Shown in pieces: positions 42,979-54,003 of a stretch of DNA of 64,000 nt. Each line of letters begins with the position of its first letter. Positions within the stretch are counted from its first letter, which is position 1. Location: contig CAVNZM010000009.1 in assembly GCA_963693365.1 (NCBI GenBank), forward strand, positions 6,319,045 to 6,383,044. Direction: 5' to 3'. This DNA is from Amoebidium appalachense. Taxonomy: Eukaryota > Protista > Ichthyosporea. The notes under the pieces are model-generated. The model worked only from the letters and a program-made list of their open reading frames with translations. It searched no databases and had not been told where the DNA came from. The position numbers and the translations under genes were made by a program.

Positions 42979-45900
42979 CTATAATTTTGTAGTGATGTGT
43001 TTCTCAAGCCAATCAATACATCTAATAAACAGGTCGTAGTTACGCGTGTTTAGTATAAAATCAAGGATGTTGTAATTTACAGGTAGGCTATCTTTCTGGG
43101 TGTCTGTTGTGAATGTGACGTGTGTGTGTTGCGGTATTATGTGGTCTATCAAACTACATTTGGCGATACATGACCGGTTAAACTGGTGTGTGTGTGTGTT
43201 GTTTGGGCATGCAAATGATGCCACCTTATACTTATTAGATCTCCACTGTATAGCACGTGTACAGTAAAAGCGTGGTAATTGATCAATAATACCATCAGCT
43301 AGAGAAAGACCAGTTCTACAGGAAGGTAATATGTATTTAGGTGTTATACACTTGCGAGTGCCATATTTGGCAATATGGTTGAGGCGGTCAGTATATATAA
43401 AACGAGACATAAGGCTTAGTTTTTCAAGGTGTATGCTTTCATCGGGTCTAGTGTCGTGTGGTATCTTTTTCCATTTGTTATATTGCGTGATTATCTTGTG
43501 ATTGTGTACATGTTTAATAAGTAAGTGGCAGTCCAAAGTCACACACACACTATTGCGGGGTTTATTTGTATTTGTGCCCAGGGGAGAAGGGGAGAGAGAG
43601 GGGAGGAAAGAGGGGAGAGGTGAGGAGGGGACAGGTCGGATAGAGAAGAGAGGGTGGGAGGGCAAATACTTCTTTAAGCGGCTTATGTGCTTATTGAATT
43701 TCAGCGCGAGATAGGATACTCTAGCAGCTATTGGGACCAGACCATATATCGAGAGCGTTACAGGCCCAGGTTTACAACAGTTGTTAGATAGAAAGGAGGC
43801 AACTTCTGCTTCAAGGAAATTTGCCAAGGGTTTAAGCGCTCTAGTTCTCTCTTTCTTGATCCAAGCGGCGAGAAGGGGTAAACCATATTCACATGCCGGG
43901 AAGACAAAAGTGCGAATAAATGTAAGTCTAATAGAAGGATGGAGGGGTGTGTCTTTAAAAATATTAGCCGAGAAGAAAGCTAACCGCTTACGAGCCAACT
44001 CTACCCTCTTTTCGACCATATGGGGAAACATAACACCAACAGAATCAACCGGAACACCAAGATATTTGTATTCTGGAACTATAGGTACAGGTTTAGATGA
44101 TAATGTAAATGTGTGTAAATTGTTAGCTATATCAGGTACAAGAACACCACATTTGTCTATGTTAAGGATCATAAGGTTTGCCTTGCACCACTCTGACACT
44201 ACATCGAACAATCTTTGCAGGCGTCTAGGGGTACGGGCAAGGAGGGACAGATCATCAGCATAGAGAAGTGCAGGCGGAAAGTTATTAATAGGGTCATCGT
44301 TTTCGGCGTAAATCTTGACAGCCAAATCATCTATAAATAGGTTAAACAAAAAGGGGCTAAGCAATGAACCCTGCAAGAGACCTCTAGTACGAGCAAAACC
44401 ATATGAAAGATGCCCATTAACCACAGCTCTACCATAGGTTTGAGACAGGAGTGCTTCTAACAGAACACCAATGCAGTGTGGTACACCCCGTGCAGCAAGC
44501 TTTTCCCATAGGAGACCAGGGGAGACAGAATCGTAAGCAGTTTTCCAATCAATAAAGCCAACATATTGTGCACCAACTTGCATAGAATCGTGCAGTGCCA
44601 TTATTTGAACATAACATGAATTGTTTTTACGAAAAGCGGATTGGCATGGGTGTATGTGAAGAATAGATTGAAACCTAGGGTGATGTGCAAATAACCTAAG
44701 TAAGCAAGCTTCAAAGAATCTACGAACAACCTGGGTTAGTGTAATGGGGCGAAAGGATGATATGGGGCCCTCAGAGTCCTTCTTAACTATGGGGATCACT
44801 AAGGTATCTAACCAAGATGACGGGACATGTCCACATTTAACACACCAAGAAAAGAGAGAGCTTAACATGATAGTAAGATCAGGTTTAATAGCACGATCAC
44901 TTTCCTTTTGTGGGTAGGAGGGAACAAGGATTTTAAGAAACCCAGCAGGGAGTCCATCAGGTCCACAAGACTTACTAGAGCTATAACTAGATATCACAGA
45001 CCATATGGCATCGGGACTGAAAAAGGGGAGGATCGATTCTATGGGGATAGATGGGTCTACAGGCCACACAATAGGTTTCTGAGCGGGGGTCCTATCTTTA
45101 AACAGTTCCGAGAAATACTTATCAGAGTCTATGAGGGGGTCTCCAGTGGTATCACCAATAATACGAGCAGGGGGGCCAAATCGATTCATACTAGCAAGCC
45201 GGCGCAAGCTTTCCTTTTGAGACAGGGGTTCACCTAGTCTAGCGGGAGTGGTGTTTGGTAACAAGAGAGCATCGGGATATTCCTTCCTACCACCGCCAGC
45301 ATAATCACCGAGATCTATCAAATCATCAACAATAAAGTTAGTGCATGTATCTAGTACGAGATGTGAATCTGGCCTGGCTTGTGCAGATTCTAATAGGCGC
45401 ATATATATAGTGTGTTTCGTAGCATAGCATACACATACATCAACTCTACCCCACTGTGACTTAAGCTGGGATAGACGGAGGCGAAAGGTGGGAGGGGGAG
45501 GGGGAGCAGATCAAGGGAGATCTTAGGTAGGAAAAGGATAGGAGAGTGGTCAGATGACCTAGAGAGGTTAGGAGGGAGAGAGAGTTTTGACATGGTTGAT
45601 GGCCAAAAGGCCACTCCCCAGTCGGTGTTGTGGGCATGGGATATTTGAGGGAACCGCAAAGTGTGACTTTGGACATACCTTGCTAAAGGGATAGCACGCT
45701 CCGGGGGCTTAGATGGGTACCCGACACTCACTTGCAGTGTGTCTGTGTGGTGGAGTCGCGTGTTAAAATCACCTAAAATAACAGTGGACATTGGTAACTG
45801 TGACAACTCATGAGTCAATTCGACAACCGACATAGATGGTGGGTAATATACAAAAGTAAAAACATTAGAAAGAAACTCTATAGAAACCGAGAATTCCGTT

Positions 45901-46170
45901 TTTGCTACCGGTTTGCACTTCACTCTCACGTGTGGTGCGGCAAGTACAATAATGCCTCGGTTTTTCGCGTAACCGGGGTGTGTGGATGTGTCGACCAATG
46001 TAGTTGAATTTGTGGTGGTTTTTAAACTGTGTTTCGCAAATCACTGTAAACGTGTGGTTGTTTGTCTGTTGTTGTATGTAGCTGATTTTATCGTCGAGTG
46101 TCCCGGGGGGGAGGCCCTTTTGGGGGCCCAGTGTCCGAGCATTCCAGAAGAAGAAGGATAAATTAGGCAT
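42979..46170 (-). pseudogene. LINE ORF2 (APE endonuclease + reverse transcriptase) with two frameshifts, near 45997 and near 45500
   Basis: Endonuclease motifs WNARTL, ICET, GDFN and SDH; RT motifs KSCGPDG, FRPITL, QSAFR, FIDWKTAYDSV, GLLQGSLLSPFLF, YADD and YKYLGV. The RT-containing 807-aa portion is open. Confidence 0.9.
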
Positions 46171-47137
46171 CGGTTTGGTCCGACACCTGTGGGGTTGGTT
46201 CCCACTTGTCGCTTACGGGGTCGTATGCACGACCTTCCGCCAGCGCGAACAGTTCGCAGAAGAGCTCGATTTCCATCTCGCATCGGCGTTTGCGCTCGAG
46301 CAGTTTCTCACCAGAAAACATTGGTTCCTTCGTGTCCGTGTCTATCACGCTCGTAGCATCGTTTTCCAACTTTGCGAGGAACTCTTTTGCCTTGCTGATG
46401 CGTACACGACAACGTGTGGCGCACGCATTCTTAGCAGACACTTTACGTTCTTTGTCTGCTTTCTGAATGTTTTCCGGCGCGCATGGGTCGTAGCTTGGGA
46501 GGTGGGTGAAGAAGCTTCCACACCCCTTTGTCGCGTCACGGATGAACGCACGGTTATAGTCGCCCCGTACTGCTACTTCCAGCACATCGTATCCAATGAA
46601 GGACAGACAAAGGATGCGAGAGCACCGGAAGCCGAGAGCCTTGAAGATGGACCACATGGCCCTGTGTGGGCGTCTGCCGTGCTTGACTTTGAAATACACC
46701 CTCTCGTATTTGGGTGGGATGTTGATGTTACCGTTTGCTTGGGTGTTCCCCTTAGCCGGCGGTTTGGGAGGGGAGTTGCGGCGGTACTCGTTGCCTGCAA
46801 GAATGCTGGCATATGTTTCCTTGGCAATTTGGCGGAGCTCGGGTGTTTTACGATAGTTCGCATATTCTAGGAACTCTGCCGGGAGCTGTGCTTCCGGTCC
46901 TGTGTTGTTTTGTGTTGGGGTGGAAATGTCTCCGTCGCGAGATGTTTGCTCATGAGTTTTGGGGTTTTGCGATCCACTAATGTTTAGCTGGGCTGTGAGT
47001 GAATCAATGGTGAGCTTGAGTTGGGTATTTTCTGTTTGGAGTTTTTCTATCATGTTCTTGAGTGGTAACAGCTCATTTAGCTGTTTCTTAACGAGGGCAA
47101 GTTCTGCCAGTACTGTATCAACCGAAAGTTTCGGCAT
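46163..47137 (-). CDS. LINE ORF1 protein, 324 aa, with N-terminal coiled coil
   Basis: Intact ORF directly upstream of ORF2, with heptad pattern LAELALVKKQLNEL...LQTENTQLKLTIDSL and a YASIL motif. Confidence 0.8.
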   Translation of the reverse strand: MPKLSVDTVLAELALVKKQLNELLPLKNMIEKLQTENTQLKLTIDSLTAQLNISGSQNPKTHEQTSRDGDISTPTQNNTGPEAQLPAEFLEYANYRKTPELRQIAKETYASILAGNEYRRNSPPKPPAKGNTQANGNINIPPKYERVYFKVKHGRRPHRAMWSIFKALGFRCSRILCLSFIGYDVLEVAVRGDYNRAFIRDATKGCGSFFTHLPSYDPCAPENIQKADKERKVSAKNACATRCRVRISKAKEFLAKLENDATSVIDTDTKEPMFSGEKLLERKRRCEMEIELFCELFALAEGRAYDPVSDKWEPTPQVSDQTDA

Positions 47138-48183
47138 GGTTGTTATTGTGTTTCTACGGAGTGGTGTGGTGTTATTCTGAATGGGTAGTGTATATATGGT
47201 TCGTTGTATGATCTGATTGGTTGTGCTTGACGGTTTACGGTTTACGGTTGAGATTGGACCAAAGCACTAATGTACAGCCCAGAAAGGGCAGTTTAAGCCC
47301 GATTTCACCTAGAAAACAGGTTTTTGTCAACCAGCAAAAAATATTGGAAATAAGAAAACGCGCAATAATGATATAAGTAGTCGCAGTGGTCCGACGCGTC
47401 CTTCATCGTCAAAATCGACGAAAACCGCGGCGGCCGACTTGCAAAATTGGGCTGATCGTCTAAGGCAAAACCATCGTTTTTGCTTGTTCTGACCATTAAA
47501 TAAGCACCCCATGTTCCTTATATAAAAAATGTGTGTCGCTTTGTTTTTTAAGTTATAAATTAGGCGGCCAAAGCCTGTTTTCTATTCATATTTTCGACTT
47601 TAAAGTCCTTACATGGTTTTTGGACTATAGCCATACCGTAAAATTTGCCGTGGGTCATTTCGAAGCGATGCAATCAGATTTGAACCACTAATTAGTGATT
47701 GCGAACTCGTGTATATGTGTACATCTTACAAAAACAAGGAACAAAAACCACCCTGATGTGCGGGCGACCGCCGCCCCGGTGCTCGCCAAACGCACCCACC
47801 TAGTAACTCACCGTTTCGGTCGACTACGTTGCTCTTTCTTTTCGTACGCTCACTCACGAACTCTCCCGGCTCAGAGTCTAAATCTAAAGTAGCTTGTAAA
47901 ATATACAATATTAATATATGTACATTGAGGCATATTAGTGCCGTCACCACGTGCACACCTCGCTCGATCGAGGGCGGCTCCCGACCAAATTCGCCTGGCT
48001 CTTGGAATTAGGCAGTCTCCCACCCTTCCCTCTTCTTTGCTCTTCCATTCTTCCCTTGCCCCCCCCCCCCCCCCCCTTCCCCCTCCCCCCCCCCCCCCCC
48101 CCCCCACCACCACCACCACCCCCACCCTCTCCCCCACGTACCCCCCCCCCCCCCGTTCAACCCCCCCCCCCCCTCGCCGCCCC

Positions 48184-48214
<31 letters not shown>

Positions 48215-48259
48215 GTATACCCGATGTATCCTCCTCCCGCCTCCCCCACCTTCTCCCAC

Positions 48260-50450
48260 CCTCCCCTTCGAGCTCCCCCCACCCTCCCACCCACACCCTC
48301 GCTTCTCCGACTTGCCGGTGCACCAATGCATGACCTCGAGGCCACACGGTCATAGCATGCAGTTACTTAACTTGTTATAATGTGCGTTTGCATGCCAGGC
48401 CTGTACACCACCCACGTCCCACCGTCTCTATAGGCTGCATTACCAAGCTTGCCATTGCTCGTAGGCTTTGAAAGCAATTTTAAGTGCGGAAATTAATGAA
48501 TGCGCAAATCACACTGTCTATTCAGTCGGCTTGCCCCCCCCCCCCCCCCCCTCCCTCCCCCCTCCCCTCTCCCCTCCCCCCCCTCCTCCCCCCCCCCCCC
48601 TCCTCCCCCCCCCTCCTCCCCCCCCCTCCTCCCCCCCTACTCCTCCGTCACCCCCTCCCCCCTCCCTCTCTCCTCTCTTCGTCCTGCTCTTCCCGAACTC
48701 GGTTACGGGTTCCCCTGTAAGATTGATTGCGAAAGCCCACACACAACACAAGTTCCACAACCAATGCCACCACCACTCCGCATACATAAATTCGTGTCGC
48801 AGAGCCACAGATTTTGCATCCACATAAGAGTTCTCACTTTTTTTTTTTTTTTTTTTTGAGCCAAGTTCGCCATCTGAGGAAAGAAACAATGAAATGATGA
48901 TATGAAATCATATGGCATCACTTTTACTTAGTAGTTTAAAAACACTTACATGGTTGGTCGTCCCGGATTGCGACTAGTAGCCGTGAACGCTCAGGTGTAC
49001 CACTGGCAGGTTTGTGTGCTTAAACCTCTCTACTACTAGTAGAGACCTCCGTGTTTTATGTTCAACTACCCCCTCCACCCCCCTCCCTCTTTCACCGGCT
49101 CTGAATTGAAATGCCCGGGGGCAAAGACTTCTTCCAAATCGCCCACCCACGGCGAGACAGAGAGAAGAGGGAGGGGGGGGGGGGGGGGGGGGGGGGGGAG
49201 GAGAGAGAATCATTATTCCGTGACTTGTAGCTCAGCGCTCGAATAGAAAGCTATAAAGGCTATCCTCCTGCTATACTTGTACTGTGCGCTGATGTCTTTA
49301 GCGGCAGGCCTGCTAGAAAGGCCATTCAACATTTTCTTCTCTAGGATTCTCTGTCCAGCCACTTTTGGAATTCCACCTTTCTTTTATTATTATAATTTAG
49401 TGACACTTCACCCGGTTGCCACGAAAATACTACAAAATAGGGATCGTTTACCCCCCCCCCCCCCCCCCCCCCCCCACTTGCCCAGTCCCTCCCCGCTTCC
49501 CCAACCCTCCCCCTTACCCCCCTTTTGGCCCTCCCTCCCTTCCTCCCTCCCTCCCTCCCTCCCTCCCTCCCTTCCCCCACCCCCCTCCCAACCCCCCCTT
49601 GCTGTTTCCCCAACATCATTTGTGTTCATAAAAGGTGCTGAGATAGAATTGGCTGAATAGTATTGGTGTGAAACCAATCTATTCATTTAGCCAGGTTCAC
49701 ATGCCCATTACGTAAGTGGTAACTCCGATGCATTCAATATGCACTCATGAATCGAAATCGCCTGTCCACTGAATTTCAAAGATCCTAAATCGTCACCGTG
49801 CTTCCCCTCAAACCCCCTCCCCCCTCCTCCCCCGCGCACCCTCCCCATCCCCCCCCCCCCCCCCTCCCCCCCTCCCCCCCCCCCCCCCCCCCCTCTTGCA
49901 GAACACACCGAAAGAAAATGTGTACTACCACAGGCATCAATGTGCTTTAAAACTAAATTAAATATTAAAGTACCGACTAATGTCATCAGGAATGGCATAA
50001 AGCGCCATGTTTCCTTGGGCAACTACTGCCCCCCCCCCTCCCCCCCCCCCCCCACCCTCCCTCCCCCCTCCCTCCCCCCCCCCTCTCCCCCCCCCCTCCC
50101 CCCCCTAATATCCCCCCCGTTCATAACACTGGCACCCAATGATCTTCATTTCATCATCTGACCTCAGCTGCTACATGAACAGTGCAACCTTGTGCCCACT
50201 GCAAAGAAATTATCTCCCCCCCCCCCCCCCCCCCCCCCCCAACCCACGGGCCACCTTCGGCTCACCGTGCTGCATCATTATTTAATGGCACCCCGGCCCC
50301 CCCCCCCCATTGAGGCGAACAAAGCACACCCTAGGACTATCCTGCGATCTGCGGTGGAGAGGGGGGTGGGGGTGGGGGGAGGGGGGGGGGGGGAGCTGGG
50401 GGCAAGCTGTCAAAAGTAATTCTCCACCATCCACCTGTACTAAGACATGC
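48260..50450 (+). repeat. Non-coding block directly repeated, with divergence, at about 56790-58510
   Basis: ctccgacttgccggtgcac (48305) vs ctccgacttgctggtgcac (56820); ctccaccatcca (50421 vs 58488); collinear blocks in between. Confidence 0.85.
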
Positions 50451-50531
50451 GCACACGCACACGCACACGCGTGCGCGCGCGCGCGCGCGCGCGCGCACAC
50501 ACACACACACACCGTGACACACACAGACACA

Positions 50532-50583
<52 letters not shown>

Positions 50584-50740
50584 CCCCACCCACCCACCCA
50601 CATACACACAAACTAACACACAAACACAATTACACACGCACATGCACACGTCTGCACACACACAGAGACACACAGTGTCACACACATGTGCCACAAAAAC
50701 CCCGGCAGTACCTGAGGGAGCCCATAAATTCTGCTCACCC

Positions 50741-50785
<45 letters not shown>

Positions 50786-51054
50786 CCGCCCCCCCCAAAA
50801 AAACAACAGCAACAACAACAACATACCCACCGGCGTGGCTGCCCACTGGCTGGGGTGAATACCCTGGGCTAAGTGCGTGCAAATAGGTAGGATTGTTTAA
50901 AGGTGTGTTAGCTTAGCTAATATTACCGTAGCACCCTAGCTATTATTAGAGTACTGTCGGTGCTGGGTGGAAGACGGTAGTTCCCTCTGAGATCCCTCCG
51001 GGAACAAAACGGGATTATAAAAAAAAACAAAAAAAAAACAACAGCAACAACAAT

Positions 51055-51122
<68 letters not shown>

Positions 51123-51415
51123 AAAGACTATAAACTAATCACCTAGGTTGCCAATGAGAGGGTGGCATTATATGTGTGACGTGGGTGCGCAGACAGTATT
51201 GGAAACAGAGTTGAGCAGTGATGCACAAGTGTAGTAATTAGTCACCGGTGTTAAGAAGAAAGTCAATGATGGTAAAGTGTTGTGCAGGCACGGACGGGAA
51301 GTAAATCGATAGGTGGGTGAGAAGAATGCAAGACTCTGAAAGAGATTTCGAAAGTGAAATGAGACAGGGGGTGGGGCCCGGGGTGGGGGGCGGTAAGGGG
51401 CAGGTCTAGCCCGCC

Positions 51416-51456
<41 letters not shown>

Positions 51457-51945
51457 TCATATTCCTTCTTGAGTTCCTTTCTCTGTTTGTTTTGTGTCTG
51501 TTGTTTTTTAAGACATCTGTGCATAGAGCGTATTTTTTTGCAGAAAATTGGAACCCATGGGCTGGGTTCGCAACTTCGCACAGTAGCCTGTGACAGTGTA
51601 TATGTACGGCTCGTTTTCGTGCAATCGAGTCGAGCTCGGCCCAGTTCCACAGTGGCCGCACATGATCACTGGAATGCAAATGGAATGCACCGGCAATGTC
51701 ATCACTATCAGAGTCATCACAGGTGGCCGGAGCAGAGCGCCAAGCGGTGCCACACACCCTATTTTTGCTCGTATTTAGACAACTAGGCAAGCTACCTAAA
51801 TTAGCGAGCTACGATACTTTATGCAGCGAAATAACTACCACAATCACCACCTATGTAATGCCTAAGCTGCAGCTTAGCAAGTTAGCAGCTGCTTCGCCTC
51901 AACTTTTAAATGCATTCCATCATTGCGCATTAATACCGGGATTAT

Positions 51946-52351
51946 CAGGGTAGGGATTACGAACGAAAATCGTCGTAATTACGATTAACGAGAGACCCCG
52001 ATACGAATAAAGTTGGGGTGCCGTCGTAACAGCTTTCGTATCAGGTGTTTACTTAATTATGCTCAACTATCTAATCTTGCCTATTTTTTCAATATTTCTG
52101 TTCAAGAACCTATCTGCAGCTCTAGATCTCCTGCTGTGCAATATCGAGCCCCGACCAGTGCTCAGGCCCTGTAATCCTGCAATACTCAATTTGTAAAAAT
52201 GCGCATTTTGAATTTTGACTGGAGGGGCGTTTTTGACGGGGCTGAACGCTCCACAAGAACCCCCCCATTACGATTAAGAAATAGTCCGTTACGATTGGCC
52301 CAAGGGCCATACGGTTAGGCTGGTCAACCCGAGACCAATTGCAAAACCCTG
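51946..52351. mobile_element. Non-autonomous hAT-like element (406 bp) in the hydrolase promoter
   Basis: 8-bp direct repeat gggattat at 51938-51945 and 52352-52359; termini CAGGGT...ACCCTG; subterminal TTACGA repeats; absent from the paralogous promoter (about 62100). Confidence 0.8.
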
Positions 52352-52359
52352 GGGATTAT

Positions 52360-52460
52360 ACGAACATGATTGGATGAATTGTTGAATGTGGCAAACTGAT
52401 TGGCGGTCTGCACAGCTCCATCCTATTGGCTAACCAGTTTGGCAGCTCGAGTATATAGTG
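52360..52460 (+). promoter_or_regulatory. Putative core promoter of the hydrolase gene: three ATTGG (reverse CCAAT) boxes and TATATA
   Basis: The motifs are conserved in the inverted paralog at 61989-62095. Confidence 0.5.
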
Positions 52461-52548
52461 CACACAGGCGGATCATTTCTCCTCACTCAATCACAAAGTC
52501 ACCAGCACACACAAGCTCGAAACACAGCGGTCCCGGCGAAACAGCACC

Positions 52549-54003
52549 ATGTTTTCCAGACACACCCTCGCGGCCTACTTGGCTGTCTGCGCAAGCAGCG
52601 CCTATGCCTGCAGCGAAGTGTTTTTACGCCATTTGGCTACCACCCACCCCGTTTCAGCGCGGAACATGGACTGGGGCATGCCTGACTTGCATTTCGACCT
52701 GCACACCAGCCCTCGGGGTAGCAAAGTGTTCATGTTTCAGCTCACAGACTGCCCCAACTGCACGCTCCCGGATGTAACGGCAAAGTACGGCTCCGTGTAC
52801 ATTGGCGGTCTTAACCAGAACTTCGCCTCTGATGGGTTGAACGAAGTTGGCCTTTCCGTAGGGACGCTCTTCCTCCCCATCACCTCGTACCCTCATTTGG
52901 TCAAGGAGGACACTCGCCCTGCCCTCCCAGTCCACTCCATGCCCCTGTACATGCTGTCAGTGTGCGATACCATCGCTTGCGTAAAGAAGGAGCTCGACTC
53001 GTGGCAGGTAGTGGACGGAACGAGCCCCCTTCTCGCCCGGCTCCCCGGCGGCACACTCCCTCAACACTTTGTGTTTCACGACGCACAAGGAAAGTCCCTC
53101 CTTGTCGAATACATTCCCAACCAGTACAACGCCTCCGCCCCCACATGCTTCAGCAGCCCATCAAACACTCGCGATGCGGCCGGTGCACGTCAGTGCGTCT
53201 ATGAGAATGACTACCCCGCTGTCCTCACCAACCAACCCCCTTACGAGGAACAGATTGCTGAAGCCGCAAAGCGCCTTAACCTCACCGACATCTCCGAGCT
53301 CGCAAACGCAACCTATGACACGCTCAAGGCAGGTCAGCAGCAGTCCGGTTCCTACCTCTCCGAGGACCGGTTCCTCCAACTCGCAGTCTTGAACGAAGCC
53401 GCCACACGCACGGAGGGTCTCTGGTTCAACACCACAAAGGAAAACTACGACCCGTCGTTTGCAAACACAGACCCACAGGTTGACGCGGTGTACGTGGCGT
53501 GGGTAACGGTGGGTAGGGTGATGCGCGGAAAGGGTGGCTATTACTTTGATAGACCGAACGGCGCGGCCGGCACCACCGTATTCCAAGTCGTGAGGGATCA
53601 CAAGGAGGCTAAGTACTACTACCGCTTGCCCGCACGCCCAAATTTGGTTGAAATTGACCTGAAACAATTGGACCTCTCAAACCCAACCCCCCGCCCCATC
53701 GTACCCCTCGCCTATGGTATGAGCCGTCCGTATGCTGATAGCGGTGTTTATGCGCTTCTCGGCGCCCCGGCCCCGGCTGTATTTTCTTCCGGTGACTTCC
53801 AGGGTTTGAACACTGTTTTTGAGGGGCTGCAATCGAAGGAGGTTGTTTTCCTTTCGCTCCTGTGCGTGGTTTTGGTGGTTGTGGTTCTATTGTGCATGTC
53901 ATCCCTCTACACAACCAGGCAGGTTATGCGTATGCACCGTGGGAAGGCTGACTCTGCCACAACCGTGTTCAGTCATGGGAGGGACATTGACTGCAAGCCA
54001 TAG
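52549..54003 (+). CDS. Choloylglycine hydrolase / penicillin V acylase family Ntn-hydrolase, 484 aa, with signal peptide and C-terminal TM; intronless
   Basis: The signal peptide ends AYA|C, exposing the nucleophile Cys21. ARNMDW, DGLNEVGL, VLTNQP and SEDRF match the family's catalytic motifs. Hydrophobic segment VVFLSLLCVVLVVVVLLCM near the C-terminus. Confidence 0.88.
   Translation: MFSRHTLAAYLAVCASSAYACSEVFLRHLATTHPVSARNMDWGMPDLHFDLHTSPRGSKVFMFQLTDCPNCTLPDVTAKYGSVYIGGLNQNFASDGLNEVGLSVGTLFLPITSYPHLVKEDTRPALPVHSMPLYMLSVCDTIACVKKELDSWQVVDGTSPLLARLPGGTLPQHFVFHDAQGKSLLVEYIPNQYNASAPTCFSSPSNTRDAAGARQCVYENDYPAVLTNQPPYEEQIAEAAKRLNLTDISELANATYDTLKAGQQQSGSYLSEDRFLQLAVLNEAATRTEGLWFNTTKENYDPSFANTDPQVDAVYVAWVTVGRVMRGKGGYYFDRPNGAAGTTVFQVVRDHKEAKYYYRLPARPNLVEIDLKQLDLSNPTPRPIVPLAYGMSRPYADSGVYALLGAPAPAVFSSGDFQGLNTVFEGLQSKEVVFLSLLCVVLVVVVLLCMSSLYTTRQVMRMHRGKADSATTVFSHGRDIDCKP

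Larger units (their letters stand above)
42825..47270 (-). mobile_element. Non-LTR retrotransposon (LINE, APE-type): ORF1, ORF2, (CA)n-containing 3' UTR and a 40-nt poly(A) tail; 5' end approximate
   Basis: Two-ORF layout with endonuclease and RT motifs; T40 run at 42825-42864 on the + strand. No TSD was identified. Confidence 0.9.

Noticed and set aside
42800-47320. Target-site duplication for the LINE
   Set aside because: The sequence flanking the poly(A) tail was not found repeated near the presumed 5' end, so the boundary is left approximate.
50960-51125. Hammerhead-like ctgaga-tccc/ggga stem before an A/(AAC)n tail
   Set aside because: It lacks the canonical CUGANGA and GAAA core. It may be a retroelement 3' remnant, but this cannot be supported.
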